A DNA stretch of 39,942 nucleotides from Spirochaetaceae bacterium (GTDB lineage: Bacteria; Spirochaetota; Spirochaetia; B11-G9), in NCBI GenBank assembly GCA_030638735.1, contig DAOWEB010000404.1, forward strand, positions 1 to 39,942. Direction: 5' to 3'. Under the pieces are notes generated by a model. That model was not told the DNA's origin and made no database searches. It saw only the letters and a program-made list of their open reading frames with translations. Below, piece after piece: positions 25,934-34,717 of this stretch. The position numbers were made by a program, and so were the translations under genes. Numbering within the stretch: position 1 is the first letter of the stretch; every line of letters begins with the position of its first letter.

Positions 25934-26638
25934 ATGGTAAGATCCGAATTAAATAAAAGAGGCCCACTAAGGGTTTTTGAAAAATCAATAAACGGCGGCC
26001 TGGGAAAAGGTCATATTGGTGTACTTGCATCAAAAAAAGGTGTAGGAAAGACAGCATGTCTTGTGCATATAGCTACAGATAAGCTTTTTCGTGGCAGGCA
26101 TGTAATTCATGTTTCATTTTCACAGAAAGTTGACCATATTATAAACTGGTACGAAGATATTTTTAAAGAAATTGCAAAGAAACGTGACCTTGAAGATGCT
26201 GTAGATATCCATGATGAAATTATAAAGAACAGAGTAATTATGAATTTCAATAGTCAGGGAACAACTATTGATCAGGTACTTAAAAGTTTAAGTGCTATGA
26301 TGACAGAAGGTCACTTCCCTGCAGATTCAGTAATATTTGATGGATATAAGCTTGCAGAAGCATCTCCGGAAGATCTTGATAAATTAAAGTCATTTGCAAA
26401 AGAAGCAAATGTTGAACTATGGTTCAGTGTTTCTTTAAATGGTGAAAGCCCAACTTTTAATAAAGATGGAGTTCCCACAGTTCTGCTTGAAAGATTAAAA
26501 GATCTGGATGTTCTTATAACATTGAAATATGAGGGAGATCATGTCCATTTTCAGGTAATTAAAGATCATGAGAACCTTGAACCAAAAGATATGACATTGA
26601 AGCTTGATCCTAAGACTATGCTTATTGCCAGAGAATAG
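25934..26638 (+). CDS. KaiC/RecA-superfamily P-loop ATPase-like protein (hypothetical)
   Basis: 234-aa ORF starting 23 nt after fusA, preceded by an AGGAGG SD. NGGLGKGHIGVLASKKGVGKTACLVHIA is Walker A in a KaiC-like context, and SVIFDGY is Walker B-like. Confidence 0.5.
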   Translation: MVRSELNKRGPLRVFEKSINGGLGKGHIGVLASKKGVGKTACLVHIATDKLFRGRHVIHVSFSQKVDHIINWYEDIFKEIAKKRDLEDAVDIHDEIIKNRVIMNFNSQGTTIDQVLKSLSAMMTEGHFPADSVIFDGYKLAEASPEDLDKLKSFAKEANVELWFSVSLNGESPTFNKDGVPTVLLERLKDLDVLITLKYEGDHVHFQVIKDHENLEPKDMTLKLDPKTMLIARE

Positions 26639-26665
26639 AAGAGTTTTAATCACTCAATATTTCAG

Positions 26666-26705
26666 AACCGGAAGTTTGATATTATATATCACCTTCCGGT
26701 TTTTT
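26666..26705 (+). terminator. Hairpin plus T-tract terminator at a convergent gene junction
   Basis: AACCGGAAG, an 18-nt loop, then CTTCCGGTT followed by TTTTT. It overlaps the cbiB stop codon on the other strand. Confidence 0.6.
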
Positions 26706-27678
26706 ATTTATTATTTTTAAGCAATAATATAATAACAACTGTGAGTAACATAAATATAAATACCGAGCAAGTAACTATAATCAAAGATTTTGAGATATCA
26801 TCATTCTTGGGTTCTCTTGTCCTGTCACCAATTGTAGGTTTATCTGCAATTTTTCCAAAATAAGATGCTTCACCCCCAAGTTGAATCTCAAGTGCCCCGG
26901 CCATGGCCGCCTCCGGATAACCGGCATTGGGGCTGGCTGTTTTGTTGTGATCCCGGATCATTATTCGCCATGCTGTATTCAGCGGGTTTCCCGCATCCTT
27001 TTCAGATCCTAACTTGTTCAATCCTGAAACAAAACAGATAAGCATTCCTGTAAGCCTGGCTGGTAAAAAGTTAGCTACATCATCCAGTAGTGCCGCCGTC
27101 CTTCCAAAATCTATAAATCTACTATTTTTATATCCCCACATTGCATCCATAGTATTTATTACTCTGTAGGCAAGAGCCCCGACAGGTCCAAGGAACAGTC
27201 CCCAGAATATGGGAGCAATTATTGAATCAGATGAGTTTTCACTCATACTCTCCACAGTTCCTGTTATTATCTTTTCTGTGCTTAGATCATCAATATCCCT
27301 GCTTAGGATCATTCCCGCACTTTTTCTGGCTAACATTATATCATCATTATCCAATGCCCTTTTTACTTTCATACCGTGGGCAGCAAGATCTTTAATTGCA
27401 ATAGTGGAATAGAAGATAAGAACACTGAATACTTCTTTTCCATAAGGAATGAAGCCTGAAATAAAATACAGAGTAGTAAACAAAATAATCACAGTTACCA
27501 GGGAGATTATAACACCAATAAGACCGGATATTCTTTTTGAAAGTTTTGAATTATAAAGAAGAGTTTCAATTTTTAAGATAAGATTACCTATCAGTCGTAC
27601 CGGATGTATAGGAGTAACCGGATCTCCAATGAGTAGATCCAGGGATATGGCTATAAGGATTAGAATATAGTTCTTCAA
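26704..27678 (-). CDS. cbiB: Adenosylcobinamide-phosphate synthase
   Basis: 324-aa membrane ORF. DLLIGDPxxxxHPVRLIGNLI near the N-terminus and its overall layout are typical of CbiB/CobD(Pseudomonas-nomenclature). Confidence 0.85.
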   Translation of the reverse strand: MKNYILILIAISLDLLIGDPVTPIHPVRLIGNLILKIETLLYNSKLSKRISGLIGVIISLVTVIILFTTLYFISGFIPYGKEVFSVLIFYSTIAIKDLAAHGMKVKRALDNDDIMLARKSAGMILSRDIDDLSTEKIITGTVESMSENSSDSIIAPIFWGLFLGPVGALAYRVINTMDAMWGYKNSRFIDFGRTAALLDDVANFLPARLTGMLICFVSGLNKLGSEKDAGNPLNTAWRIMIRDHNKTASPNAGYPEAAMAGALEIQLGGEASYFGKIADKPTIGDRTREPKNDDISKSLIIVTCSVFIFMLLTVVIILLLKNNK

Positions 27679-27688
27679 ATACTATCTC

Positions 27689-30301
27689 CTATAAACCAAT
27701 GATGGTTTTTATCTGGTTTATATCGAGATTTTCCCTTAAAACATCTGCAAGCCTGTCAAGAGAAGCATCAATATCATAGATTAGAGATGGCTTATTTGAT
27801 ACAGGAAGCCCCTTTTCTTGTCTAAGCTGATTTAGAAACCATTGTCTGAATTCATCAGCATCAAAAATACCATGAAGGTAGGTTCCCCATACTTTCCCAT
27901 CTAATGATGAGGCTCCCAGAAGCCCCCCTCTTGAATTAATAATAACTTTTCCTTTTTGAAGCTGTGATATTCCGTGGTGGATTTCATAGCCTTTTACCTT
28001 GCATTTTGAAGGTATATGAATAAGTTCTTTTTGTTCAAGTTGTTTTTCAGGGTAAAAGGTTGTTTCTATATCAATCAAACCCATGCCTTTTATATAGTTA
28101 TTATCGAAGTCTCTGGATAGTTCCACATATCCGGGATCTGTTATTCTCTTTCCAAGCATTTGGAAACCACCGCAGATACCAACAATAGTTACACCCTTTT
28201 CTTTCATATTTTTCAGGGCACCGGGAAACCCTTTATTTGCAAGCCATGAAAGATCACTGCTTGTGTTTTTACTTCCCGGAATAATAATACAATCAAAATT
28301 TTCTTTCAGATCTTCAGGAGTTTTAATTAGATTAATTTCTAAATCCGGTTCCTGCATTAAAGGATCTACATCTGTAAAATTTGAAATATAGGGAAGATCA
28401 ATAAGACCAATTCTAATTACTGAAGCTGAATTCTGTTCTGATTTTGTTGAGGTGAAATAACTTCCATCTTTGAAGGATACTGAATCTTCTTCCGGCAGAT
28501 TAAGGTCCGGGATAAAGGGTACTATTCCCAGAACAGGTTTTCCTGTGTATTCAAAAAGATAATCATGTGCAGATGATAAAAGAGTTGCATCGCCTCTAAA
28601 TCTATTTACAATAAACCCTTGTACAAGATTTCTTTCCCATTCTTCAAATACAGCCATAGTTCCAATAAAGGATACATATACCCCGCCACGATCTATATCT
28701 CCTGCAATTAAAACCGGAGCATTTGCATATTTTGCCATACCCATATTAACAATATCATTTTGTTTAAGGTTCACTTCACCGGGACTGCCGGCTCCTTCTA
28801 TCATGATAACATCATAATCAGATGCCAGGTTGTCATAGTTTTTTTCAACTACAGCTCTTGCTGTTTGTTTAAACTCTTTCCAGTTTTGAACTGTCATATT
28901 CCCGGCAGGTAATCCATTAAATATTACCTGTGAGCCTTTTTCGGAAGAGGGTTTTAATAGAACAGGGTTCATTCTTACATCAGAATTTATATTACAGGCT
29001 CTTGCCTGGAGTGCCTGAGCTCTTCCTATTTCTTTCCCTTCCAGTGTAACTGCAGAATTATTCGACATATTTTGGGCTTTAAATGGAGCAACTGCATATC
29101 CATCCTGATAAAGTACTCTGCATAGACCTGCTGTTAGTATACTTTTTCCGGCATTGGAGGCTGTTCCCTGAATCATAATCGGAAGAGCATTTTTTTGTAT
29201 TCTCTTTATAACTTTATGTAAAGAATCTTTATCTGAAAAAGATATCAGTAGTTTGATAAGTTTCTCATTTTCAGGAAAAGTTCTGACTGCAATACGAAAG
29301 TATGAATTATCCAACCCTGTGAAATTATCACATAGTCTGATAATTACTCCTTTTTGTGCCAGATAGGAATATAACTTTTCTGCATTAATTTCAGGGGTGG
29401 ATATTTTTATAAGGAGGAAGTTAGCTTCTCCAGGGAAAGGTTTGAGCCATGGTATATAATTTAGCTTTTCAAAAAGTTCTTTTCGCAGAATAGTTACAGT
29501 ATTCACTGAATTTTCAAAAAACTGTTTATCATCAAAGAGTTTTTCTCCTATCTTCAAAGCGAGTGTATTTACCGACCATGGAACTTGAGTTTCTCTTATT
29601 TTCCGGATGATATCATGATGGCTAAGACATATTCCCAGACGGAGTCCGGGTATTCCATAGAACTTTGTAAGGGATCGGATAACAATTATGTTTGGAATAT
29701 TCAGTGCTTTTATTGCCGTCCTTGCAATTGAATGATATCCTGGAATAAAATCGGCAAAGGACTCGTCTATACAAAAAAATGAATTCTTGTACTTTTTGGC
29801 CAGATTTTCAATTTTTCCAATTGGTATAGATTTACCTGTTGGGTTATTTGGTTGTCCCAGGTAAATTAATTTGTGCCCTGAAGAAGATTCTATTTTTTTT
29901 CCAAGTTCATTTAAATCAAGAGTGAACCCTGTTTCCTCAGCCATCATTAAATAAGAAATATTTATTTTTCCGGAAGTTTTTTCATACTCACTGTAAGAAG
30001 GAGCAGGAATAATAATATGATCTATATCCAGAATATCAGGAAGGATTGAAATAAACTCACTGGCTCCATTTCCATAGATAATATTTTCAGGGTTAATAGA
30101 AAAATGCTTAGCCGCTGTTTTTCTTATTTCTTTCTGTTCAGGATCAGGGTAGTGGATAAGAGTCTCGATATTTCTATTAATCTCTTTTCGCAGCCAGGAA
30201 GGAAAACCCAAAGGATTTATATTAGCACTGAAATCGACAGGAATATTTTTAAGTTTATTATCTTCCTGGAATTGCCTAATATTACCACCATGAAATTTCA
30301 G
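27689..30301 (-). CDS. cobD-cbiP: Fusion protein: L-threonine-O-3-phosphate decarboxylase (CobD, PLP aminotransferase fold) joined to cobyric acid synthase (CbiP/CobQ)
   Basis: The tracked ORF is 27689..30211 (TTG start). The N-terminal half shows aminotransferase class I/II motifs (NPTG, SLTKFYGIPGLRLG). CbiP begins around LPIMIQGTASNAGKS and has a C-terminal GATase domain (GICGGFQMLG). The in-frame upstream stretch LKFHGGNIRQF...VDFSANINPLG encodes the conserved CobD N-terminus, so I extend the gene to CTG 30301..30299, with GGGGAG 6 nt upstream. Confidence 0.8.
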   Translation of the reverse strand: MKFHGGNIRQFQEDNKLKNIPVDFSANINPLGFPSWLRKEINRNIETLIHYPDPEQKEIRKTAAKHFSINPENIIYGNGASEFISILPDILDIDHIIIPAPSYSEYEKTSGKINISYLMMAEETGFTLDLNELGKKIESSSGHKLIYLGQPNNPTGKSIPIGKIENLAKKYKNSFFCIDESFADFIPGYHSIARTAIKALNIPNIIVIRSLTKFYGIPGLRLGICLSHHDIIRKIRETQVPWSVNTLALKIGEKLFDDKQFFENSVNTVTILRKELFEKLNYIPWLKPFPGEANFLLIKISTPEINAEKLYSYLAQKGVIIRLCDNFTGLDNSYFRIAVRTFPENEKLIKLLISFSDKDSLHKVIKRIQKNALPIMIQGTASNAGKSILTAGLCRVLYQDGYAVAPFKAQNMSNNSAVTLEGKEIGRAQALQARACNINSDVRMNPVLLKPSSEKGSQVIFNGLPAGNMTVQNWKEFKQTARAVVEKNYDNLASDYDVIMIEGAGSPGEVNLKQNDIVNMGMAKYANAPVLIAGDIDRGGVYVSFIGTMAVFEEWERNLVQGFIVNRFRGDATLLSSAHDYLFEYTGKPVLGIVPFIPDLNLPEEDSVSFKDGSYFTSTKSEQNSASVIRIGLIDLPYISNFTDVDPLMQEPDLEINLIKTPEDLKENFDCIIIPGSKNTSSDLSWLANKGFPGALKNMKEKGVTIVGICGGFQMLGKRITDPGYVELSRDFDNNYIKGMGLIDIETTFYPEKQLEQKELIHIPSKCKVKGYEIHHGISQLQKGKVIINSRGGLLGASSLDGKVWGTYLHGIFDADEFRQWFLNQLRQEKGLPVSNKPSLIYDIDASLDRLADVLRENLDINQIKTIIGL

Positions 30302-31098
30302 AACAGTCTCCCCAGAATCTCTGTTATAATTATAAGATGGATAATTTCTCCTGCTTCAATTGTCAGTCCTATGGAATCTCCTGTGTATCCTCCAACCATT
30401 TTTTTTGAAAGTATAGATACAGTTATTCCGGCAATAAATGTTCCTGCAAAGGGAGCCAGATATAAAACTGTTTGAACAGATATTGGTGTTGTTAAAAGAA
30501 CTATAGAGATAGGTACTGACAGTGAGAGTAGTATTCCTATAAGAACAAGTAGGAAAGAATAGTCTATTAGTACCTCTGCAAGACCAGGATCTTCTGCAGG
30601 AGCTATAATTGCAGGCATAATAGATCCTGCTATTCTCCCTGTCAGAGGGTATGAAAATAAAATTAGAATCCATATCCAGTTCAATCCGCTTGAATTTACT
30701 ATTGATACGGATGTGAATAAAAGATAGATTTTAAAAAGGAGATATACAGCACCTGAAAAAATTGCAAAGGCTCCTGTTCTTTTATCTGTAAGAATGGCAA
30801 GACGTCTTTCCTTTGTTGTGTTATATAAAAATGCATCTGCACAATCCAGAAGTCCGTCAAAATGGAAAAGGTTGAACGATCCATACTGAATAATTAAAAT
30901 TAAAAAAACTGTAATTCCAGATTGGGACAGCAAAGGGTTTAATAATGAAAATAATCCAAGTACAAGGGCCGTGACAACAAGACCTATAACAGGAAAAAAG
31001 AATCCAAACATTGAAAAATCTGTCTTATATATGAAGCTGATCGGTATTCTGCAAATAAGACCAAAGGTTGTTAGAAAAGAGTTGTAGAGCTTATTCAC
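30298..31098 (-). CDS. cobS: Adenosylcobinamide-GDP ribazoletransferase (cobalamin synthase)
   Basis: 266-aa polytopic ORF. Its GTG start overlaps the cobU stop (GTGA). FHFDGLLDCADAF and the N-terminal FLTxxxxxRIPI pattern are typical of CobS. Confidence 0.85.
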   Translation of the reverse strand: MNKLYNSFLTTFGLICRIPISFIYKTDFSMFGFFFPVIGLVVTALVLGLFSLLNPLLSQSGITVFLILIIQYGSFNLFHFDGLLDCADAFLYNTTKERRLAILTDKRTGAFAIFSGAVYLLFKIYLLFTSVSIVNSSGLNWIWILILFSYPLTGRIAGSIMPAIIAPAEDPGLAEVLIDYSFLLVLIGILLSLSVPISIVLLTTPISVQTVLYLAPFAGTFIAGITVSILSKKMVGGYTGDSIGLTIEAGEIIHLIIITEILGRLF

Positions 31099-31592
31099 TT
31101 ATTACTTCCTTTTACCCATAGAGGTAATCCTGATACCATAAGAACTACTTCATCCATAGATGCGGCTATTTGTTTATTGGCTGCGGCCAGATACTCATTA
31201 TATTTTCGGGATACTGAATCCATTGGAATATTTCCCAGACCTACTTCATTAGTTACTATAATTATATTTTTCTGATTACGGGATAAAAAATGGGTAAGGA
31301 TACTTCCCCATTCCTCTTCTCTGTTTTGATAGAAAAGATTGTTCATCCAGACTGTAATGCAATCCAGAATAAGATTATCCATTTCATGATGATGAATATC
31401 TACAGCTTCCTCTGTTGTAAAATAATCCGGACCTCTTTCTTTTTTATGTCTGATAATTCTTTCTTTCATCTCTTTGTCGAAAGGAAGTGCTGTTGCAAGA
31501 AAGTTTTTTTTACCAGCAAGAAGTTCCGCCCGTTCAAGGGCATAGGAGCTCTTTCCTGATTTTATCCCTCCAGTAATAAGCAGTCTTGTCAT
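31095..31592 (-). CDS. cobU: Bifunctional adenosylcobinamide kinase / adenosylcobinamide-phosphate guanylyltransferase
   Basis: 165-aa ORF with the P-loop ITGGIKSGKSSYA and the later IIVTNEVGLG, typical of CobU/CobP. Confidence 0.85.
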   Translation of the reverse strand: MTRLLITGGIKSGKSSYALERAELLAGKKNFLATALPFDKEMKERIIRHKKERGPDYFTTEEAVDIHHHEMDNLILDCITVWMNNLFYQNREEEWGSILTHFLSRNQKNIIIVTNEVGLGNIPMDSVSRKYNEYLAAANKQIAASMDEVVLMVSGLPLWVKGSNK

Positions 31593-31612
31593 CCTTGTTC
31601 CTCCTCAACCTA

Positions 31613-32401
31613 TTAAGTGTAGTCGTGCACCATGTATGGATTTCCTGTTAAAGGGTTTTTAGTAATTTGAACATTTAGATTGTAAACTTCTTTCATAACC
31701 CCAGGAGTTATGACCTCTTCAGGTGGTCCTGAATTAACAATTTTACCCTTATCCAGGAGAAAAAGATTATCACAGTATTCAAGAGCATGGTTAACATCAT
31801 GGAGTACAGCAATTATTGTAAGGCCTTCTCTTTTTGCCAGTGTACGTAGAATTGATAGAATGTTTATTTGGTGATGAATATCCAGATGGCTTGTAGGCTC
31901 ATCCAGAGCCATTATTACAGGTTCCTGGGTCAGAGCCCTTGCAATAACAACCCTCTGCAGCTCTCCTCCGCTAAGATGTGTTATAAGTTTGTCCTTAAGT
32001 TTTATTACACCTGTTTCTTTCATTGCCCATTCTGCTATCTGTATATCTTTTCTGGATTCTCTGTCGAATCTTCCCAGAAAAGGAGTTCTTCCCATTAATA
32101 CAACCTGTTCCACAGTAAAATTAAAATCAATTTTCACACTTTGAGGAACATAGGCTTCGATTCGGGCAAGTTCCTTTCGTGAATAGGTTTTTATATCTGT
32201 TCCTCTTATTAGAATTGAGTCTTTTTCTGTCTGAAGAAGATTTAGAATTTGTTTTAAAAGAGTTGTCTTTCCTGCACCATTGGGACCAAGAATCCCTGTA
32301 AAAGTTCCGAACCTAATATTGATAGATACATTATCAAGTACTTTAGTTCCATTATAGTCCCAGTTAAGATTCTTTGTTTCAATTATAACTTCATCTATCA
32401 T
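31613..32401 (-). CDS. btuD: ABC transporter ATP-binding protein (FecE/BtuD type)
   Basis: 262-aa ORF with Walker A GPNGAGKTT, signature LSGGELQR and Walker B IMALDEPTSHLD. Its ATG overlaps the permease stop (ATGA). Confidence 0.8.
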   Translation of the reverse strand: MIDEVIIETKNLNWDYNGTKVLDNVSINIRFGTFTGILGPNGAGKTTLLKQILNLLQTEKDSILIRGTDIKTYSRKELARIEAYVPQSVKIDFNFTVEQVVLMGRTPFLGRFDRESRKDIQIAEWAMKETGVIKLKDKLITHLSGGELQRVVIARALTQEPVIMALDEPTSHLDIHHQINILSILRTLAKREGLTIIAVLHDVNHALEYCDNLFLLDKGKIVNSGPPEEVITPGVMKEVYNLNVQITKNPLTGNPYMVHDYT

Positions 32402-33417
32402 TTAGGATTCCTCATTCTGTTTAAAAGAAAAAGGAAAAATGGTGCACCCAGAAGGGATGTTACAATTCCCACAGGAATTTCTGTAGGTGCAATGATTGTC
32501 CTTGCAATTGTATCTGAGACCAGGAGAAGAATTGCTCCCCCTAACATACTATAGGGTATCAAAGTTCTATGATCCGGACCGGTAATTATTCTCATTGCAT
32601 GAGGAACAATCAGTCCTACAAATCCAATCACTCCGCTGACAGCAACTGCACTGGCAGTAATAATAGTAGAAACCAGTAGGAATATCAGTCGGGATTTTTT
32701 TACAGAAATCCCTAAACTGTTTGCAGAATCTTCTCCCAGTATCATCAAATTAAGATCCCGTGCAAATATCATGATAAAGATGCTTCCTGATAGGATAACC
32801 GGAGCAGTAATAGTAACTTTTTGCCAGTTAGCAGCATTAAAACTTCCCATAGTCCAGTAAACAATATTTTCAAGCTGAGATCTGTTGAAATACATTAGCA
32901 GGGACATCATTGCAGATAATAAAAATCCCATGGCAATTCCCGATAGCAGAAGAGGTAGAATATCCCTTCCTCCACCTGAAATAAGGTAAACTATTATGGA
33001 TGCACTTATAGCTCCAATAAAAGCAGATATTGGAATTGCACCTATCCCGAGAAAGGTAATTTGCAGTCCCATAGTCATACCGAGTGTAACTCCAAAAGCA
33101 GCTCCGGAAGATATTCCGAGGATATAAGGATTAGCCATTGGGTTTCGAAAAATTCCCTGGAAAACAGCACCGCTGATACCAAGTCCCATTCCTGCAATAA
33201 CTGTCAGGATAATTCTGGGAAGTCGTATTTTCCATATTATTATTTTGGAAGTGTTTCTAATACTGTCTCCTGTATCAAGTATAGGAGAAATAAAAATTTT
33301 AACAACATCCGGGAAAGGTATTCTTGCACTACCGAGTGATCCCGCAATCACGATAGTCACCAGAAGAATTAAAACAAGCAGCAAAAAAACGGTATTTTTG
33401 TATTTTCCGGATATCAT
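32398..33417 (-). CDS. btuC: FecCD-family permease (BtuC-like corrinoid/siderophore permease)
   Basis: 339-aa polytopic ORF. RLPRIILxxxxGxxLGxSGxxxQGxFRNPxAxPYILGISSGA is the FecCD hallmark. Confidence 0.8.
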   Translation of the reverse strand: MISGKYKNTVFLLLVLILLVTIVIAGSLGSARIPFPDVVKIFISPILDTGDSIRNTSKIIIWKIRLPRIILTVIAGMGLGISGAVFQGIFRNPMANPYILGISSGAAFGVTLGMTMGLQITFLGIGAIPISAFIGAISASIIVYLISGGGRDILPLLLSGIAMGFLLSAMMSLLMYFNRSQLENIVYWTMGSFNAANWQKVTITAPVILSGSIFIMIFARDLNLMILGEDSANSLGISVKKSRLIFLLVSTIITASAVAVSGVIGFVGLIVPHAMRIITGPDHRTLIPYSMLGGAILLLVSDTIARTIIAPTEIPVGIVTSLLGAPFFLFLLNRMRNPK

Positions 33418-33425
33418 TCTATACC

Positions 33426-34337
33426 CTAAAATGCATCAGGATGAAGAATTTTAGCAAGCGCATTTAAGCCTTCTGCTAATCTTGGTCCCTGTCTGTCCAG
33501 CATATTGTTATCAATTTCAAAAAGATTATTATTCTTAACAGCTCGTAAATCTTTATATCCATTTGCTTCTATAATTGATTTTTTTGCATCCCAGAATTTT
33601 GAACATACAAGAATATCCGGATCAGAATCAACAATTTTTTCCAGGCTGAAAGACCAGCCTTTTATACCGGATGCAATATTATTCCCACCGGCCATGTTAA
33701 TAATCTGGTGAATAAAGGTATCTCCGCCAGCAGTAAAGTCCCCGTATTCACCAAAACCAATTACATAATAAATTGAAGGTTTTTCTTTTCCTTTAACGGC
33801 ATCTATTACAGAATTAACTGTGGTTTTCATAGAAGAGATTAGAGCTACACCAGCTTCATCTGAACCAGTTAAATGCCCTATATTCTCTATTGTATGGTAT
33901 ACTCCCTCAAAACTGTCCTGATCTGCAAGTACAACCACGGGAATTGAAAGAGCAGTTAATTTTTCCAGAGACTCATTTGTAAAGTGTGTAGATGCAATTA
34001 CTATATCCGGATTAAGTTCTGCAATTGCTTCGATATCAGGTTCTCTAAGGCTTCCAATGCTTGGAATATTCTGGGCTTCTGAAGGATAGTCACAGTAATC
34101 GGTTCTTCCTTTAAGAATATCACCCATTCCCAGGGCAAATATTGTTTCTGTAACACTCGGAGCAATAGAAACTACTCTTGCAGCAGCTTTCTCGATTGTA
34201 ACAGTTCTGTCATAGGAATCTACAATAGTAATTCCTGTTTCTGACACTGTTGGTTGAATTTCCCTTTCCCCTTCTGCAAATGCAAAAAAAGAAACAATAG
34301 TGTATAATAGAATCGTAATGCTGAAAAATTTTCTCAT
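33426..34337 (-). CDS. btuF: Periplasmic binding protein (BtuF-like, class III/cluster A)
   Basis: 303-aa ORF with a signal peptide. RVVSIAPSVTETIFALG and the DPDILVCS pattern are typical of the BtuF/FhuD family. It is the first gene downstream of a cobalamin riboswitch. Confidence 0.75.
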   Translation of the reverse strand: MRKFFSITILLYTIVSFFAFAEGEREIQPTVSETGITIVDSYDRTVTIEKAAARVVSIAPSVTETIFALGMGDILKGRTDYCDYPSEAQNIPSIGSLREPDIEAIAELNPDIVIASTHFTNESLEKLTALSIPVVVLADQDSFEGVYHTIENIGHLTGSDEAGVALISSMKTTVNSVIDAVKGKEKPSIYYVIGFGEYGDFTAGGDTFIHQIINMAGGNNIASGIKGWSFSLEKIVDSDPDILVCSKFWDAKKSIIEANGYKDLRAVKNNNLFEIDNNMLDRQGPRLAEGLNALAKILHPDAF

Positions 34338-34439
34338 ATCCTTTCCTTAAAATAGGTATTTTGGGATATGGATCCACTAAAGATGGGTTTGTCCATACCC
34401 TGGTCTGTTCTACGCAAACCAATAAACGGGTAATTTCAA

Positions 34440-34600
34440 ACAGGCAGGTCTCCTGGCTCCGGGGACTATTTGCTTCTACCTTCCCGACTAAACATTCAAA
34501 TTGACAGACAGTGGTATATTAGTAGCAAAACCCCATTACAGTGGCGGGACCGCACAGGTATTTCACCTGTTTCCCTATTATCCGCATAGGCGGAACCTGT
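34440..34600 (-). promoter_or_regulatory. Cobalamin (B12) riboswitch
   Basis: The reverse strand reads ...CAGGTTCCGCCTATGCGGATAATAGGGAAACAGGTGAAATACCTGTGCGGTCCCGCCACTGTAATGGGG...GTCGGGAAGGTAGAAG...CCCCGGAGCCAGGAGACCTGCCTG. This includes the conserved core and the B12 box AGCCAGGAGACCTGCC (+ strand 34443..34458). It lies about 100 nt upstream of the btuF-like start. Confidence 0.9.
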
Positions 34601-34612
34601 ATGAATAATTAT

Positions 34613-34641
34613 ATCCTATAATGAACGTATATGGCCGTCAA
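34613..34641 (-). promoter_or_regulatory. Candidate sigma-70 promoter of the riboswitch/corrinoid operon
   Basis: On the reverse strand: TTGACG (34641..34636), a 17-nt spacer, then TAGGAT (34618..34613), immediately 5' of the riboswitch. The -35 element overlaps the foot of the REP-like hairpin. Confidence 0.3.
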
Positions 34642-34672
34642 GTAGGGGCGGGTTACGACCCGCCCCTACTTG
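34639..34672. repeat. REP-like GC-rich palindrome (CAAGTAGGGGCGGG-TTACGA-CCCGCCCCTACTTG)
   Basis: 14-bp perfect stem with a GTAGGGG...CCCCTAC core shared with 4390..4417. It lies between two divergent transcription units, so it is not at a gene end. Confidence 0.6.
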
Positions 34673-34682
34673 TTTCAATTTG

Positions 34683-34711
34683 TTGATTTTCTTTGATTTA
34701 AAATGTATATT
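34683..34711 (+). promoter_or_regulatory. Candidate sigma-70 promoter of the toxin-antitoxin operon
   Basis: TTGATT (34683..34688), a 17-nt spacer, then TATATT (34706..34711). Confidence 0.35.
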
Positions 34712-34717
34712 TATAAG

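Noticed and set aside
34338-34439. An intrinsic terminator in the riboswitch expression platform.
   Set aside because: Only a weak GGTTTG...CAAACC pairing is present, with no U-tract. Control is more likely translational, through SD sequestration, but I could not identify a convincing anti-SD, so no mechanism is claimed.
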